A stretch of 64,000 nucleotides of DNA from Neoechinorhynchus agilis. Lineage: Eukaryota > Animalia > Acanthocephala. Positions 24,193 to 36,228 of this stretch are shown here, one piece after another. Location of the stretch: positions 15,974,784-16,038,783 of the forward strand of contig CM121341.1 in the NCBI GenBank assembly GCA_051530055.1. The letters run 5' to 3'. Made by a program: the position numbers and the translations under genes. The notes below the pieces were generated by a model. It was not told the origin of the DNA. It saw only the letters and a list, made by a program, of their open reading frames with translations, and did not search any database. The number at the start of each line of letters is the position of its first letter. Position 1 is the stretch's first letter.

Positions 24193-26079
24193 ATGAGCAG
24201 TTCAGCAGAGAATTTGAAACCAAGGCAGCTTCCCAAGCTTCGGTATGGGACTGAGGAGTTACTGGATGTTTTTCGTGCGATGCAAGAGAGTGGATGCTTC
24301 GGTTTATCTGACGATGATCCCTTTAGGGCTATTGCAGAAGTATTCAGATCTGATGGATCTACGCGCGAGCCTTTATCCCTTGAACCGATATCTGATGAAG
24401 AACAACGCTCCCTGTCTTCATTTATCCATTACCAGCAAAACAGGGAAAGTAGCGACCAGTCTAGTTCCGGAACAGTCTACAGACCTACCAGTCATGTTTA
24501 TCGCCCTCCATTCACAGGACAACAAACTCGTCCGCCACGATCGAGTGATGTAACGGGAAGTTCACCATCGTCGACGGTTACTAGTGGAGGTGGCGGCGGT
24601 GGTCGCACATTCATTCCATCTTCAAATCGCGGTGGAGTAGGACGCGGCGGTCGGTGGAAACGAGGTGAGGAGGTTCGTGTCACTGATGAGCAACCACAAC
24701 TTCGGCAAATTAGTCGATCGATAATGTCGAAGAACCAACCAGCGACTACATCATCTTCTGCCACAAGTATTGCGAACGCTGCAAGTGAACAGACAGACTT
24801 ATCGGTTGCTGACCTTCTGTATGGAAATCCATCTAATATTGAAGGTGGCCCCTTGCCAGAGTGGGTCACAAACGACGATAATGAGTTCGACGTTAATGCT
24901 ATGACTTTCGACCAAAATGGGGTTTATGTGAGACGTTCAATGGGTGACGCTATTGGAAATGAAGAAAATAACCGAACATCGGAAACCATAAATGCTCTTC
25001 AAAATCTCAATATTGAGGATGTTCGTTCAATAGAAGACGGACCTTTGTCTCCAAGAATGGCACCACCACCTCAACAAGCCCCAGCTCCACCATCACAATC
25101 CACTCAACCACAACGAAATCACTGGTTCTACATCGATCCTCAAGGCAAAATTCGTGGTGATTTTGGTTCGGAGCAGATGAGTCAATGGTACAACGCAGGA
25201 TATTTTAGTCTAGACATTTTAATCAAGCGACAATCTGACACTCAATTTCATAAACTATCAGAGTATCTTCAATGGTTGGGTCCCAACTTCCTTTTCTCAA
25301 CCCGACCTGAGCCTGACGCAGTGCCGCAACGTCAACCCCATTCGGTGCAATCTATAACCCAATACTATGCTAATCCTGAAGATTTGACCCAGCAAATGGG
25401 TTTCCATGATCCTAGTATAATGGCTGCATCCCGCCAGCGACAAGATGGAGCTTGGACAAATCAAGCGGGCCAAACGGCGGCTGCTAGAAGATTACGACCC
25501 ATGCGACCACAGTTTTTCCACATACACCCATCCCAACGTCCATCGCCTCGAATAATGTCTTATCCTGCAGGCCACCGAGCGCCTGTAACCAGGTTACCAC
25601 GCCCACAAGCTCCAAACTACTATGAACCTCACTACTCTCAACACGATCAATCCGCGACTTCAATCGGTGATGTGTTTGATATTGATTTGTCAAATGGAGC
25701 CACGTTCACAAGATCGCGGACTTCACGACCACAACCGCCAACGCACCAATGGCGACATAGAGATGAAGGTACTCGAAATTCGGTCAACGATGTTGCGAGA
25801 ATTCATCCTCGTTTGCTTTCTCGCGATGACGAGGAATGGGCAACTGTTCAACTGAGGTCAATGTACGGTCCACGTGTTAACTCTGACGGTCTGATCCATA
25901 TTCTTCAACAGTTCACTACTCACAATGAAATGGAGAATTTCGTCACCCAAATGCATGGGGTACACCCGAATGCAAGTCAGTTCATTTCTGAGTTTCTTGA
26001 TAGAATGATGGAGGCGATTCCCAATGGGTACCCAGCTGTGCGGAGCGGTCCATCCGCACCTCCGCCGAGCGAGGCTTAG
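24193..26079 (+). CDS. GIGYF: GIGYF-type GYF-domain protein, intronless
   Basis: N-terminal RYGTEELL (4EHP-binding YxxxxL-phi), LPEW motif, GYF domain WFYIDPQGKIRGDF...MSQWYNAGYF. Confidence 0.8.
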   Translation: MSSSAENLKPRQLPKLRYGTEELLDVFRAMQESGCFGLSDDDPFRAIAEVFRSDGSTREPLSLEPISDEEQRSLSSFIHYQQNRESSDQSSSGTVYRPTSHVYRPPFTGQQTRPPRSSDVTGSSPSSTVTSGGGGGGRTFIPSSNRGGVGRGGRWKRGEEVRVTDEQPQLRQISRSIMSKNQPATTSSSATSIANAASEQTDLSVADLLYGNPSNIEGGPLPEWVTNDDNEFDVNAMTFDQNGVYVRRSMGDAIGNEENNRTSETINALQNLNIEDVRSIEDGPLSPRMAPPPQQAPAPPSQSTQPQRNHWFYIDPQGKIRGDFGSEQMSQWYNAGYFSLDILIKRQSDTQFHKLSEYLQWLGPNFLFSTRPEPDAVPQRQPHSVQSITQYYANPEDLTQQMGFHDPSIMAASRQRQDGAWTNQAGQTAAARRLRPMRPQFFHIHPSQRPSPRIMSYPAGHRAPVTRLPRPQAPNYYEPHYSQHDQSATSIGDVFDIDLSNGATFTRSRTSRPQPPTHQWRHRDEGTRNSVNDVARIHPRLLSRDDEEWATVQLRSMYGPRVNSDGLIHILQQFTTHNEMENFVTQMHGVHPNASQFISEFLDRMMEAIPNGYPAVRSGPSAPPPSEA

Positions 26080-27730
26080 AGGAGAAGGTGGTGATTAGAC
26101 CTTATCAATGTGTCATCATGTCTCCTTTTTGTCTCGTCGACGGAACATACTCAATGACGAGAAGTGTGGAATCCACACGACAACAATATTAGAAACAATA
26201 AACAATAGTCGTTTCGAACAAATGTCATCAGTAAAACGATTTCCGGTTGATTTTACCTTCAACGCACACACACGCATAAAGTTTTCGTTTACGAACGGTC
26301 ATGAGTAGGGAGCGGATGTACCCGTGAAAAGTATGTGTGTATCTTCTTTTTCAATAACATAAAAAACAAAAAATGAAGCTATTTTTAATAGCTGCTATCC
26401 AGTTTTTTTGAACAATAATATACTTTAAACTTAGGTTTTGTAGCCGTTCGCCCGATGAACCGTTATTTGAAGCGAACGCTTATTTTGATCAATTGTATCA
26501 TCTTTTTAATCGTTTTTTGTCATTCAGACCTGAATTCATAAAGGTTGATTTCCTTACTTTTTAGAACGGGGTTTTTAACAAACAAAATTTTTAAGAAAAA
26601 AACAGTTTTGTCTTTTAAGGTGATTGTGAACATTCAAACCGAATGATAGGCTCTATGTTGTGACTGTCGATTTCACGACCCTACGCTATCTGGGGAAAGT
26701 TGAAGGAAATTAGCTTGCACAAGGGGGCTGCTGTAGCTTCTATTCAATGAATGTTTTGTAGTTCCTTACAAAGTTGCCCAGCATATTTCTTGCCCGTATT
26801 GCTTTGCAAATGAAAAGAATAAGAACTAATTTTATTGTCGACACTTTTTAAAGAAATCAAAGCCCGAGATAAAGATGTTAATAACTCCAGTCCACCGCTT
26901 CTTTGTCTTATTATCAAATATTGGTAAAACGTTTGATATTCCAAGCACGTTAAATCGGATAATTACAGCACATATTACGGTTTTAGCGCCACTAAGCTTT
27001 TGAGTATTATTGGAATGCACAAAACCTTACGGAAAGCAAGATAGGAACAATTTTCGAGTAAAATAAATAATGTTAATCCGCCAGGTTGCAAAAGAAGATT
27101 CTTTAGGCGAAAAGTCACTTTCAGAGTAATGATATAACAGTAATCTAATAAAAACACTCCAATCGCGTAATGCATTGAATCGAGAAAAATAATCAGAAAC
27201 GGACCATTCATCGGTACTCTATACATTGTTCTTAACTTTAGAAGTTGTGGGCTTCTTTAAATAGTCAATAATTTCCTGAAGCCAGCTCACTTCATCTGTC
27301 TTAGTTGTATCCTGTCGAAGGCCATCTTGAACTTTTGTTGCATTTAATATCAAACGTTTATATGTTTGATCGTTCAGGTCCATGAAGCAAATATCACAAT
27401 CTAGAATAATTCTTATAGCAACATTCAAAGTCTAAAGATGATTAGTTTTGATGTGTAGTATGGTTTAGGTTCGCGGGATCGAAATTCCCGTGGTTCGGAA
27501 CCGTATGTCTACTTGTCCCCCGGCTTTGTGTGATCTTTTGCCCGTTGATTTTTAATACATCGCTGGCCGGTAGTTTTAGGCTAAATTTTTGTTACCTTCC
27601 ATGGTATTGGACGCAACGATGTGTAAGGTCTTAAGCACAAGACACCTATCAAGTTTTTTGCGCTCTAAAAAATGCATGCTATCAAAATATGCGCTATATT
27701 ACATAGTATCCTGGTGTTATGATATGGTAC

Positions 27731-27808
27731 GTGTCCTAGACTGAAACATGCCCTATTCTGAAACATGTCCTATTCTGAAACATGTCCTAGTCTGGAACTT
27801 GTCATATA
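27731..27808. repeat. 17-bp tandem repeat, about 4.5 copies
   Basis: CTGAAACATGTCCTATT units at 27741, 27758, 27775 and 27792 (last one degenerate). Confidence 0.9.
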
Positions 27809-27809
27809 C

Positions 27810-28770
27810 TCTATCAATCAGAAAATCCGAACCTCTGCTCTGACTTAAATTGCAATCATTGCTCCACATCAAACGCCACACAATTTTTCACTCCCACAAT
27901 TGACACTTCCACTTCGCCATATGAAGTCCTAAAACGTCTCAAGAAATTACCTCGAAATCTGCCCACTTAAATTTGAAATCAGAACATTCCCTCTTAACCA
28001 CGCTATAAATCGCAGCTTTTTATGTGACATCTACCCTTCATGCCTGAAAACTTCTAAAGTAATTCTCCTCGCCAAAAATGTATATCAAATTATCGCCCCT
28101 ACAATTCGGCTTCCGCCCAAATTTTCTGCAACGGATGCCTTACTTTGCATTTATGACACGCTCCTACCCAACGTCGACAATAATCCTTCACACTTCAGCC
28201 GCTAAATTCAACTGGACTTATCGAAAGCATTGGATTTCAGTATACCATTTACTACAGGTATCCCTTTGTTCGATCTCCCCAAATTTTACTTTAGCTTTAT
28301 TCTGCAATCTTTCCCAATTACAAATCCGTTGCCTTGAAACGTTTCATAGTATAGCTTCTAAAATTTGCAAAGTTGATTTCCCCCTGTTCGCCAAATGCTC
28401 TTATAAAATTTTCATCAAATAACCGAAAAGCCTCTCAACCCTACCACCACAATTTTATGCACATTTTATTCCCTTTTCGCATGAGCACAACACTCGTAAT
28501 CCTAATTCATTTCATCCTCCTTCGACCTCGCACCTCCCTATACCTACGCTCGTTTTTTCATACTTCTCAATCCTTTCGGATATCATAATCTGAAATGAAC
28601 CTGAGGGAAGACCCAACCTCACAAACTCTGCCATAAGCAATAGCCACCAATTCAAACCCGACCGGATCTTGCAACTTTACCGGACCCGTAATCCACTCCA
28701 AAATCCATAGCCACATTCATTTATCCAATCAGAACTCAAGTATTCATGAGGACCCAAAGGTACATGGTTC
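27810..28770 (+). mobile_element. L2/CR1-like LINE, internally deleted RT plus 3' end
   Basis: Homologous to 7170-9250 (LQFGFRP, 3' GAGGACCCAAAGGTACAT). Confidence 0.8.
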
Positions 28771-29318
28771 GAAAAGAAACGTAAGTGGAAAATTTCTCCT
28801 TGTAGTATTGGATTTCATTTGATCCAAGTAGAGTGGGACCATATTTTTGTAGGACTTTCCAGATAGAGGGCTGTGTTGAAGTCAGTCAAATTCGAGTACC
28901 GTAAAGTATATGCCATTGCTTCAACGTTGGTGCTGAAGTTATCCACCTTACTTACATTAATTGCGACATGTAAGAATCATTGAATCAGTATCAATTTTAG
29001 AAAAATTTAAACGTCGACGATGTTATCTTCAGTCAAAGGAGATTTTATAAACGTATTCTGCTATTAGATGCTTATTGGTCGTTTTCATCAATGAGCTCTA
29101 ATAGCAGCAGGTAATTTTTTCGCTTAAGTCTAACAAGGATGTATTATAGGATTATCCATGTAAGCAATCACACAAAGTAACTTTTTTGTAGCAGTGATGA
29201 CACGCGATGAAGTTTGCCAATTATCTCTAAAGGCCTCCGTGCTCATATGTCACTCATACAAGTTGTGCTCAAATATCGGGATTTATTGATAAACTTTTAA
29301 AGATGCTGGTAAAAGTTA

Positions 29319-29786
29319 TTATTGATCGTCTGGAAGAGTATATTTAACACCTCTCCACATAATAAGGTCGTGGTCATAAACAAATTTTGTCAGCGAGATT
29401 CGGCCGTTATCCAAAAGGTAATGATCGATTTCATCTTTTTCGATGTTGATTTTCTTATCGCTGCAAAAGTATAGCGTAGCATGGTTGCCAGCCTTCTTTT
29501 TTCCCCAATTTTTTTTTGGTTTAAGCATCTGTCCTTGAGAACCATTGACGGAATTGTAAGTCAAAGAAAGAAGTCTTGGAAATTCCGCTGGGATACCCTG
29601 TTTTCGCTTTCCAAGGTAGAGCTCCATAACAGTCATGTACCAGCCATCTTTGTAATTCATCGCTCGGTCAACTCTACTCACTGTGTCTGCTAGTACCAAA
29701 TCAAATCTATTATGGGAAACCGGGGAGAGAGCACCGTCGCCAATTGTCGGCTTGTTTCCATCACCTCTAGTCATCGAATTCAACAT
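29319..29786 (-). CDS. Hypothetical 155-aa orphan protein
   Basis: ATG-started open frame with coding-like composition in AT-rich surroundings; no family recognised. Confidence 0.4.
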   Translation of the reverse strand: MLNSMTRGDGNKPTIGDGALSPVSHNRFDLVLADTVSRVDRAMNYKDGWYMTVMELYLGKRKQGIPAEFPRLLSLTYNSVNGSQGQMLKPKKNWGKKKAGNHATLYFCSDKKINIEKDEIDHYLLDNGRISLTKFVYDHDLIMWRGVKYTLPDDQ

Positions 29787-30479
29787 ATTTTAAACCCTTT
29801 AGTGTTGCAGAAAGGAATGCGAGTTTCTCCTTAAATATTAGATGTTCTGTGACTAATATAATGATTCCAGAATAAAATAGTGCTCTAGGCCAGCTCTTCT
29901 AGATTTCTCTTTTGTCCCAAAAACAATGGAATTACTCACTGTGTGGTATGGACTTTCTACGACCTTTGTCTGTGTTAAGAGTTTCAAAACCGATGCAGTC
30001 AGTTTTGACTGACTTTTTGTTCACGCTTTTCAACAATATATCCTAAAGAAATGAGTCACTTGTACTTTCCGAACAACGTCATCCAGAAATCATCTTATGT
30101 TTAAATGAATACGATCTAGGCCGATATCGCTCAAGTGAAATACACCTTTACAGTTCAATTTAAATTTAGGAGAAGGAGTAATTTATTGAAGATCAATTTT
30201 CTAGGACCACGAAAAAGAGATCAAATTAGAATTATATTAATGTTGGAAACTACGTTGCATCAGTAGTTTTGATCTTTTTTCATCTGATTGCCAGTGTAAT
30301 CCATATCGGTAACATTGCTTACGCATTGATTTATGACACCATAGAACTATAATCATGGGGAATTTAAAATGCCGATATGTGAGGAACGTTTCAAACCTCG
30401 TCGGGTTCATCATCAGCTCAAAAATGCGAATGTTTAAATGGTTATTTTGCTCTCACACGCGCTTATGGTTGGTTGTGTT

Positions 30480-30600
30480 GTTCCATTTTGTTAGCTATGA
30501 TGACAGAACAACACAATCAACCATAAGCGCGCGTGAGAGCCGAATAACCACTGATGATGAATCCTACGAGGTTCGAAAGGTTTTTAACAAAAAAGCTATT
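30480..30600 (+). repeat. Penelope pLTR fragment with degenerate hammerhead
   Basis: Matches the reverse complement of 54190-54300; CTGATGA at 30551-30557, stem II GAATC/GGTTC, GAAA at 30575-30578; stem I 5' strand deleted. Confidence 0.7.
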
Positions 30601-31078
30601 TATCTGGTGGAGACCTAAATAATAGTTTCAAGGAGAGTTTAAGCTCTAAAAGCGTCCGATGGGTGCATCTTATGTCGAGGATACATTTCTCCATAATGAT
30701 AATTCTTTATTCAACAATTGCTAATCATAACGGTCCGAAATTCAAAACGTTTTGTACAATAAAAATGATTTGTGTATTGTGGACTGTTTTATGTTTGTGT
30801 GTGGCCAAAATTATGTTGAGCGTGCAAAAAAAATAAAGCTGTGATTGAACTAACGAATGATAAAAAGCAACACTTATGATTTATTGGTGCAGAAAAGACT
30901 CACAATTGGAAAATAAACACGCGAGGCAAAAGCTTCCATTTTCCTTAAAACAAACTTTAAAATGATGTTGTTGATGAATGTTCATTGGCAATCTAGGTAG
31001 ATAATGCATTTGAAAAAATGAATCTATTACGATTTTTCACCCTTTCTTATATGAAAAGATTTTCTTTTTTTTGCGCCC

Positions 31079-31190
31079 AGCAGCTTCCTGCTGCAGCGAA
31101 TCAGCGCGGCGATCCAATGCGGCAATGCCGCAGCCATCAGGGAAGCTGCCGAACAATCATAACGTATGGGTAATGCGGATTTGGAAAGAA
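31079..31190 (+). mobile_element. Ultra-short CRE-like 3' end insertion
   Basis: SSFLLQRISAAIQCGNAAAIREAAEQS* plus a 3' UTR closely matching 55322-55450 on the minus strand. Confidence 0.8.
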
Positions 31191-31577
31191 TAATTGGGTC
31201 TTTTTATAAAATAAAATCATAAAAGGGTTTGTAATTTATAAAATTTAGAACATTTTCCCTGGTGCTAACATTAATCATGTCAGAAATTAAAATTAAATTC
31301 TCGTATACCATTCTGATCTTTATTAAAATCGGTCCTCATGTCGATCACAATCCTTTAGAGCATTCCAATCGTATTTGTGTCTACGAAGCTACAAAAATTT
31401 ATGAACACTAACAAATATTTACGCGACGTTTAGAATAAATTGTGGTTTACAAAATGTAATCACTCTTGATTCGATTAAGTTAAACATTTGTCTTCGTCTT
31501 TGATTTAAACATTTTTCATCTTTCCAAAATTTAGAAGAGAAACATATCTCTGCAAAGAATATCGAAGTTTCAACAAT

Positions 31578-31710
31578 TATAATAATAACACGTTTTATTT
31601 GTGATTCACAAAGAGGACCCATGTACCTTTGGGTCCTCATTTGACGGATCCGGAATGGATGACAGATCCGGTGTGGATGACGGTCGACGACAAAGCGAGG
31701 ATCAGGAAAC
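31578..31710 (-). mobile_element. L2-like 3' terminus with intact stem-loop and (TTA)n tail
   Basis: GAGGACCC-N10-GGGTCCTC hairpin at 31613..31638, followed on the minus strand by TTATTATTATA. Confidence 0.75.
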
Positions 31711-32625
31711 ATTGCGTTTAAAATTTTGATTAGAATAAAACTTAAAATATTATCACCTTTTTCAAGTTACTTAGAATCCAAAGTCGACAAGAACCTTAGC
31801 AAGAACAAAATATAACCCTTTTTCGTTCCTTCGTTATCTTGGAGTATTGTCATCATCGGGCCACCTTCGTAGTGTGTTTTTTGTGCCAGCGCTCCCAATT
31901 CAAAATTTCACTGATTCATTACCGATAGCTTCACGTTGGTCCGATAAATTTTTTTAATGATAAAAACCTAAAAGATTATGCGATCAAGGCGTGAAGTTAT
32001 CAAAAATAAATGAGTGAATTTATGACCTCACAACTAGATGGTTTCTGCTTTAACTTCTCTGTTTAACTAAATCGTAGTTCGATGATATCCCGCTTGTTGT
32101 TAAGTGAAATTGTCTGACCATAAGTTTGCATCAGTGGCAGCAAATAAAGGATTTTTGACTAAGCTAATCGAAAACTTGAGTCATGCCGGTTTCTGCTGCT
32201 ACTTAGCAAGTGTATCTTTTCTCCTAAAGAGAATGTTTTCATAAATGAAGTTGATTCGACGATTATAACATCGAAATTAACAAGTATTTCTAAATTGCTC
32301 GAATGTTTTTTGTTGCCTTTAAAAGAGATCAAAATTAATCATTATTTGGAAAAACCTCAATATTTTACTTTGTCTCGCGAAAAATCAGTTTAGTTGTATA
32401 CAAAAACATCTGAGAAGTTTTTTCGTTCCTAAAGTACTATTTACATTTTTCATGTTCTCCATACGATTTTTCTCTTGATAAGAGATTTTAAACCTTAGCA
32501 ATTTGCTACCTAGAACAAGATTTTTTACAATTATAGCGAAGTTAACGGAATGCAAATGAAACGTAAAGTTCAAACGGCATAGAGATCAGGATTTATTGAA
32601 ACGCGCATATCTTGTTGTCCGAAAT

Positions 32626-33183
32626 TTAAGTTGCCAGCTTGCGAGCTACCCATGGCAGGATTTTATAATCACGGATGAATTCCCTGAGTTTGAAACGACC
32701 TCCTCCTAGGCGATATTTGTTAATGTCAACATCTTTAAGCGGATATTCCGTTGTGTATGTTAGAGTCGCATAAACTCCCGATTGAAGTGTTCCTTGCTGT
32801 TCGTAAAGGATCTTACCTGGTAGTTCGTTCACCTTGTTGATTACCAGCTTGATCAATCTGGGATATGGATACGGTATATTGCCAGTTTCCTCACCAAGAT
32901 ACACTACGATGTCAGTCATGCGCCAGTCATCTTTAGAAGTTTCTTCGCGTTTAACGAAAAGAAGGCTGTCTATTTCCAGTAGGTCTTTGTCGTTCGGCGG
33001 TTCTGGTAGTATAACGTCGTCACCATAGTTAGCTGCTCTTCGGTATGCCACAGCTGGGGTATCCTCAGCCTCTACTTCGGGGGTTTCACCACGTCCGGAA
33101 ATGCGTCTCCATAATTTTTTGAACAGGGGAAGTAACGGTCCAGTTACTGCTAATAGAGCAGCATTTATTAGAAAAGGAGCCAT
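32626..33183 (-). CDS. Orphan 185-aa protein with hydrophobic N-terminus (long paralogue of 58948..59091)
   Basis: ATG-started ORF; upstream region, first ~40 codons and 3' UTR are duplicated at 58210-59130. Confidence 0.6.
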   Translation of the reverse strand: MAPFLINAALLAVTGPLLPLFKKLWRRISGRGETPEVEAEDTPAVAYRRAANYGDDVILPEPPNDKDLLEIDSLLFVKREETSKDDWRMTDIVVYLGEETGNIPYPYPRLIKLVINKVNELPGKILYEQQGTLQSGVYATLTYTTEYPLKDVDINKYRLGGGRFKLREFIRDYKILPWVARKLAT

Positions 33184-33999
33184 TAGTTGTTCTTGAGGTT
33201 ACAGAAAAAGTTTGAATGCCGTCTTATATATCAATTCGTGCCTGATTCACAAAATTCTAAGATATAGTTACCTGGTATTCAACGAAGACCAGTTTTGACT
33301 TTCTTTGTTTTTAAAGAATAGAATTACTCACTTTGTGCAGGAGAATAATTTTCGCAGTCTTCATTTTTGAAAAGCAACCTCCATGTAGCATAAAGTTGCT
33401 CTACTGAAGTGCGCCTAAGTATTTTCCACATAAGAGAACTTACCTTTGAATTCCAAATGAATCATTTACGACCAACATCACAAAGAAAACGAAATTGCTT
33501 GCAAAGCTGCGCTATGATTGTTAACAGTTATCTTATTTATTTGAATAAGATTTATTGATTTCTCAAATCGAATTTATTTTTGCTGAGAAATTACAATTTG
33601 AAATTCAACACCTAAATTTGCATTTATAAATTCTTAATATTTTTAGAAATAATACAAATTTAATATATTCGACATCTCCATTATTTATTCAAATGTCAAC
33701 TAAGCATTTTTTGAGAATTTTCTTTTATTGCACTCTAATTTCTCACAGCTTATTTGCTTGATGTTAATGTCTAAATCATAGAAGGCTACCGGTTTAAAAT
33801 CCTTAAAGGTTGCAACATCAGACTTTTAGTGCCAATTTAAAAACATAGAACTTAAAGCGTACTGAAATCGAGAGAATTGTACCACTTCGGTTCGTCATTA
33901 ATTTTGTGTTTCTTTGTGATTGTTCTAATTTTCATTATCATCATCGAGCATTAATCTATGTCTACAAGTATCACTCACTGTCTGCAGTGGACCAATTTG

Positions 34000-35990
34000 C
34001 AGGGGGAGAGCGGCGCATCGTTGTGTGCCTCCGCGTAAAAGGAAGGTGGAATTCTTCCCATGGCAATTGGAACAACTCTGCACCGCTTACCAGCAAAAAT
34101 TTTAAATAAAAGAATCGCGGAAAAGTAGGGATGCTGCTTCGCTCTACTAAGTTAGGCTGCTGTACACCTTGTGGCGCAGAGGCGATTGTTAATCCACTCC
34201 GCACATTCATCACCGGAAACTCAAAGCCGTGCGTGATCTTGAAATGTGATTTCAAAAACGCTTTCAATACAGTTCACCGAGCAGATTTTGCTCAAAGTAG
34301 TTGAAGATCACGCGCCAGAAGCATTTCGCTATTTCGTTAATGCTTAATGGGAATTCAACACCCTTGTTGTTCAATGAACACGTTTTGTGGTATGAAAGCT
34401 AAGTTCAACAAGGGGATCCTTTGGGCCCATTGGCCTTCTCACTCGCAGTCAATCCCGTCGTGCACTCTCTCCAGTCCAGCTTTAACGGCTGGTATTCTGA
34501 TGATGCCACGCTCAGAGGTAAACCCCTCTATTGTACTGCACGATTTGGAAACACTCATGAAGGAGAAGGCGAAAATTGGCATTGAATTGAATGCTGCGAA
34601 ATCCGAGATTGTAGTGATGAACGTGGAAGGACCAGGCAAACTATCCTGAAAGATTTTCAGAATCTGGTCCCGGGATAGAATTGATCACTCTAGACCGATT
34701 GAGTCTTCTAGAAAGCTGCATTTTTGGTCCTAATGTTGAAGCAGAGATTTCCAAGCTTCAACCGCAACTTTCGGTGCTGTGCGAACGAGCTAATGCATTA
34801 CTTTTACACGAGGCTCTGTTCCTGATCATGAACAACCTCTTCATTCCAAAATTGTTATATAAGCTTCGCACAGAACCTGTTTTTAGACATAATGATAAGC
34901 TGGCAAAATTAAACGAGACGATGAAGGCCTCTCTCGAGAAAATTTTAAATACTCAGCTGTCGAACGAGGCCTGGCATCAAGCGTCCATGCCTTTGCCGTC
35001 CGGCGGTTTGGGTATCCGAAAAGCAGCCGATATTTATCGGCTTGCTTATTTGGGATTGTAAGAAGCAAGCGGCAAAATAGTTCAATCCGTTCTTGGCGAG
35101 AATTACACTTTGGATATCGATTTCGTGGCGGCTCTTAATCTTTGGTGTGAAGATTCCGGTAGCGAACAGGTCCTCGTCATTGGTTGCAAACAATCAGTTT
35201 GGGACTCACCCCTGAGAGCAAGAATTCATAACTCTTTAATTTTTGATTCTCGTGACCTGGTGAACCGAACTCGATTGGCGGCAGTCTCTACACGAGAATC
35301 GGGTGCTTGGTTCAAGGTTATCCTAATCGCTTGTGTGGGTACTCTTCTCTCCTACGAGACAGTAAGGATTGCAGTGTCCCTAAGACTTGGGGTACCGATG
35401 TGTACATCTCATCGCTACCGTTGCGGAGCGACCGTGGAACCATCGGGACGCCATGGTCTCGTCTGTTGGCAACTAGGCGGAAGGTACTCACGACGCGCCG
35501 AAGTGAACGCAATTCCTAGCCGTGCCCTGAATACTGTGAATGCGCCCAACATCCTAGAGACGAGCAATCTTTGTCGACTCGATGAGCGTAGACCGGACGG
35601 TGTCACAGTGTTCTCGTGACCAGGAATCAAATGCCTTCTCTGGGACGCCACGTCTGATAAACTCGCAGCCAGTAACATAAAATTCGCAGCTGTTCAACAG
35701 GAGACGCCGCTGAGGACCGTAAAAATACCAAATACATTGAATTGGGTCGAAATCATTATTTTGTTCCCTTTGGCGTCGAGACACTCGGTTCGTTTGGTAC
35801 CGCGGCGCAGAACTTGGTCAAGCAATTGTCTAAGAGATTGAAACGAATCACTGGCGATCGGAGATCAGGAGCATTCCTCCTACAAAACATAAGTCTGGTT
35901 GTGTAACGGGGGAACGCTGCATCCGTCCTTTCGACCGTTACGCCAGGACGGCAACTAAGTGATCCAGAGCGGTGGTGTGAATGATTTCTT
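34000..35990 (+). mobile_element. CRE-like RLE non-LTR retrotransposon (RT to 3' end, frameshifted)
   Basis: CDFKNAFN, QQGDPLGP, WYSDDA, SMPLPSGGLGIR, LRLGVPMC..CG..GRHGLVC, RPDG, PFGVETLG motifs. Confidence 0.9.
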
Positions 35991-36228
35991 CTCCTAGATT
36001 TGGAACTTAGATGAATAATTAAACACTCGACAGAAGGTAAAGTCGTATTCCATAACTTTGGGTGAATTCGGTCATAAAACAACAAGTCGCATAAATTTAT
36101 GCACTAAAATGTGCTCAATGACCACTTATTTTGTGACCATCGATAAGCTTAATTCATTCACCGCTCTAAAGATTTTATTAAACTAAAAACATGTAAAAAT
36201 GATTGATTATTGCAAGTGCTTCATTCCA

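Noticed and set aside
24245-25855. Overlapping and antisense ORFs over GIGYF, PRC1, PPIP5K, WTAP and the CRE elements
   Set aside because: Shadow frames of real coding sequence with no independent motifs.
27731-27808. Short repeat array as a possible CRISPR
   Set aside because: Units are contiguous with no spacers, the context is eukaryotic and there are no cas genes.
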